Below are positions 61,070-64,000 of a stretch of DNA of 64,000 nt, in pieces. The translations under genes and the position numbers were made by a program. The notes under the pieces are model-generated. The model saw only the letters and a program-made list of their open reading frames with translations, searched no databases and was not told the origin of the DNA. This DNA is from Cenococcum geophilum (lineage: Eukaryota), in contig CP158635.1 in NCBI GenBank assembly GCA_050273025.1, positions 26,536,001 to 26,600,000 of the forward strand, given 5' to 3'. Every line of letters begins with the position of its first letter. Positions within the stretch are counted from its first letter, which is position 1.

Positions 61070-62564
61070 TCTCTACTTGTGGTGTATTACTCTTTGCCGT
61101 TTAAACTCTTCTATTTTCTCTCTTATCCGCGGTAGCGTGCTAATTGCAAAGTTATAATCCTTCTAGATCTTAATCGTTATATCTTTTAAAGATCTTATTC
61201 TATTAATACCCTAATCGTCCTCTACTAATGTATGCCTAATTAACTCCAGAATCTGCCTTTAACGCTTATTAGAATAGCTTAGCTAAGCTATTAGCTAGTT
61301 AAAGAACTATAAGAGGATCTCGTAATAATCCGTTTCTAATTATACCGGGCTTAACTAAGTAGGCGGCTTAATACTAGAGGGAGGCGGGAGTTAAGTATAC
61401 TGCTGCTAATCTAGACGTTTTATTAAGTATAACTCCTAAATAGTAATTAGCTAAATAAGGTTCTTGACTTACTTAGATAATAAGCTTCCTACTACTACTA
61501 GCTTTTAACTCTTTAGTAGCTACCGTTTTATCTTCTAAGCTAACAGCTAATAGACTATATTTTGCGATGGCTCCTTAACCGTTAATATATTTAATTAAAT
61601 CTCTTTACTCCACCTCTAAAGGATATAAGCATTAATAGGATAGTGGTGCTTAACTTAATTAGCTTTATTTCCACGTCTATTTTACTAATAGGTAGCTCCT
61701 TTATTAGAATAGTAGCTATTAATATAAGGCTACCTACTTGCTAGAGCTGGAATTCTATTACTAGCAGCTTCCTCTATAGCAATAATATTAGGGAGATTAG
61801 CTTCTTGGATTTATGTGGTAGTTCTTCTACTAGATCTTACTACTTAGCTAAAGGAAGGTGTTAATAACAGTGCTAGTACCTCTTAGGGCTTCTCCTTATT
61901 TATATATAAGGTAAGATCTAAGTATAATAACTTAGTAGGATTCTGCTTATAAAGATCCTTAAGCAGCTTAGTTACCTTATATAGATTATAACGCTTACTA
62001 ATCTTATAGCGGAAGTAATTAGTCTTTAATTGCTTCTTATAGGACGCAGTAGCTTTAAGGCGATTAATGGTAAAGATCCGCAGTAGGTACTTAGTAACAA
62101 TACTGTCTCGCTAGCGCTTAATTAGGTAGTAGAAGAGGTTAGTGGTATTATATTTTAAAGATACCGCACTAGGTAAAGGCCTCTCTTCTATATACTACCT
62201 TCCACCGACTTATAAAGTTAATAGAAAGCTCCTCCGGCTCCTCCTTTAGATCCTCCTTTAGCTCCTCCTCTAGCTGCTCCTTTAGATCCTTTTCCTCCTT
62301 CTTTAGCTCCTCCTCTAGCTCCTCCTCTGGCTCCTTCTTCTCCTCTAGCTCTTCTGGCTGCTCTAACCGCGGTGGCGAAAACTCTACAAATATTAGTGAC
62401 GGTAGTTGCTATGGTGGTTCTGTAGGACGCCTTACTTAACGACTTAGAGCCTTCTTTAAAGCTTGCTTTAAAGGACGCCTTAGAGTCCTTTTAGAAGCCT
62501 ATGTGGGCGAGGTAGTAGACAATATACGCTTATAATTTTGGTCCTTATTGGCGCGACCAGGTAT
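61070..62564 (-). pseudogene. Transposon-borne hypothetical gene (acidic Glu/Pro repeat region plus Cys/Trp motif), RIP-degenerate
   Basis: Minus-strand translation: LEQPEELEEKKEPEEELEEE... then RRTTT*IQEANLP...IPALASR*PYINSYYSNKGATY**NRRG...HHYPINAYIL*RWSKEI (de-RIPed WPC..xC.N.G.TCW). TATA-like sequence at ~62644-62651. Boundaries approximate. Confidence 0.6.
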
Positions 62565-62719
62565 ATTGTTAATCGGAAGACCGTGCACCGATTGTAAGAA
62601 AAGAATGATGACTTTGTCTATTAAATGGTGGCTCTAGAGCCTCTATATATACATAGGAAAGGTGTAGGAAATGAGAACGAGAAGGGGGTAGGGGGGTGGC
62701 AATGGAAACAAGGGGTAGG

Positions 62720-62769
62720 TGACCGAGTCAATGACCGAGTCAATGATTGAGTCAATGACTGAGTCGATG
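62720..62769. repeat. Four 12-bp tandem repeats TGACCGAGTCAA
   Basis: Directly visible, upstream of the cargo gene. Confidence 0.8.
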
Positions 62770-63140
62770 GGAGGTTGCTGAGTCGGTGATAAGATAACCT
62801 GATTCAGGTCGACATATATATATGGGCGGCTCTATAGTTAACACCAGTAATTCTATATAATTAGCTAAATGCAGCTAGGCCAATATATGATTTTACGCCG
62901 TAATTGTTTGGGGTGGAAGGCGTGGGCAAGCAAAAATAATCAATTACATCGATTTCTATGTAAAATTGGGTGGTGCGCGATAACCGGCTTTACTCCGGCG
63001 CGAGTTCACGATATTTCGGCAAGCACAGTAGAGTAGTAAGAGTTTTATTATTTATTTAATTATTATAAAAATAGCTTTAATTAAAACAACCGTTAAATAA
63101 GTAGGCTATATTAAATTTAAAATATATTTTTAACTAGTTT

Positions 63141-64000
63141 TATAACAAAGTCTTATAGTAAGAACTATAGTGGACTTATTAATAGGCTAGGTGTATAGGT
63201 AAACAAAAAGTCAATAATGTAATAATAACTAGTAGAGTGGTTGCCTAACAAATTAACTCTAATTATATTCTAAGATTTACTATAAAGAAGAGAACTATCT
63301 AGGTAGGGACTATAGTCCTTTAAATATATAATACTGCGCCTAAGAAATACTTAAGTATATTAATATATTAAATAATCTAAGTATATAATGTTCTAATAGA
63401 TTTTATAGATCCTATATTCCAAACTTATAACGTAATTAGCTATATAATTTAGCTACCCCTTATTTTATAGCTTAATCGGTTCTAGCGCCTTCTATATTAT
63501 TTTAACTAACCCATTTATATCTCTTTTTAGTAGTTATACTACTGCTAATATAAGGTCTGTAATACTATCCCCCTCCTCTTTATCTTTATTCTTAAAGATT
63601 TCTCCTATCTCTAAGTTGTCTATTAGAGATATAGCATTCCTATCTTTAATTTAATAACCTTTATTATCCCTAATGCCTCTTATTAGATCCTCTATATCTA
63701 AGCGTTATACTTATATAATTTTAATAATCCTCTTACTAAGTAAAATTATATCTTCTTATTCTCGTTATATAGAGAAGAAGTTAGTATATATTGCAATTAT
63801 AGCTCCGTCTAGTTACTAACCTTCTTTTTATACTAAGTATACGTAAGCGAATATACGATTATCTTGCAATATTTAATCCGTTTCTAACACTAAGTATACG
63901 CATTTTATTAGTCTTTAAAGTCTCTAACTTTCTTATCTAATCTACTATAGGGTCCTATATTTAATCTACTGCTATAAAGCTTAATAAGGAACTCTTGCTA
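63141..64000 (-). mobile_element. 3' end of a D-related Gypsy element (D2), continuing beyond the window
   Basis: LTR 63141-63564 homologous to 28302-28719, then PPT and coding remnant colinear with 28720-29110. Confidence 0.88.

Larger units (their letters stand above)
59942..63028 (+). mobile_element. Tc1/mariner (IS630-like) DNA transposon with ~92-bp TIRs and two convergent genes
   Basis: TIRs ~59942-60035 and ~62934-63028; TA flanks at 59940-59941 and 63029-63030; left tip slightly degenerate. Confidence 0.88.

Noticed and set aside
59700..63140. Degenerate AT-rich foldback surrounding the Tc1 element (AACTAGTT...TTTAATATA arms at ~59730-59775 and ~63105-63140)
   Set aside because: Similarity is short and in extremely AT-rich sequence; no definable termini or TSD.

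Overview
This is fungal heterochromatin-like DNA, almost certainly from a filamentous ascomycete given the pervasive RIP signature (CpA->TpA / TpG->TpA; in the ORFs I translated, the in-frame stops are TAA/TAG at inferred Gln/Trp codons). Apart from ~59180-59940 and 63030-63140, the window is nested mobile DNA, and I see no intact host gene. Resolved by hand from LTR/TIR pairs and target-site duplications: (1) chromoviral Ty3/Gypsy elements Z, A, B, C, D, E and D2, plus a solo LTR and a further host fragment; (2) two full-length Tad1-type LINEs with a TAATG-coupled ORF1/ORF2, and an ORF1-only LINE derivative; (3) a Tc1/IS630-type DNA transposon carrying a second convergent gene, plus two MITEs; (4) a 3.7-kb TIR element filled with four satellite arrays; (5) a 2.7-kb LTR mini-element carrying a WW/coiled-coil/zinc-finger ORF instead of gag-pol; (6) a 960-bp split-direct-repeat (Ngaro/PAT-like) mini-element; (7) the 5' part of a probable DUF3435 Starship captain recombinase gene. 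Family assignments come from motif recognition, not database searches. Internal domain boundaries are approximate.
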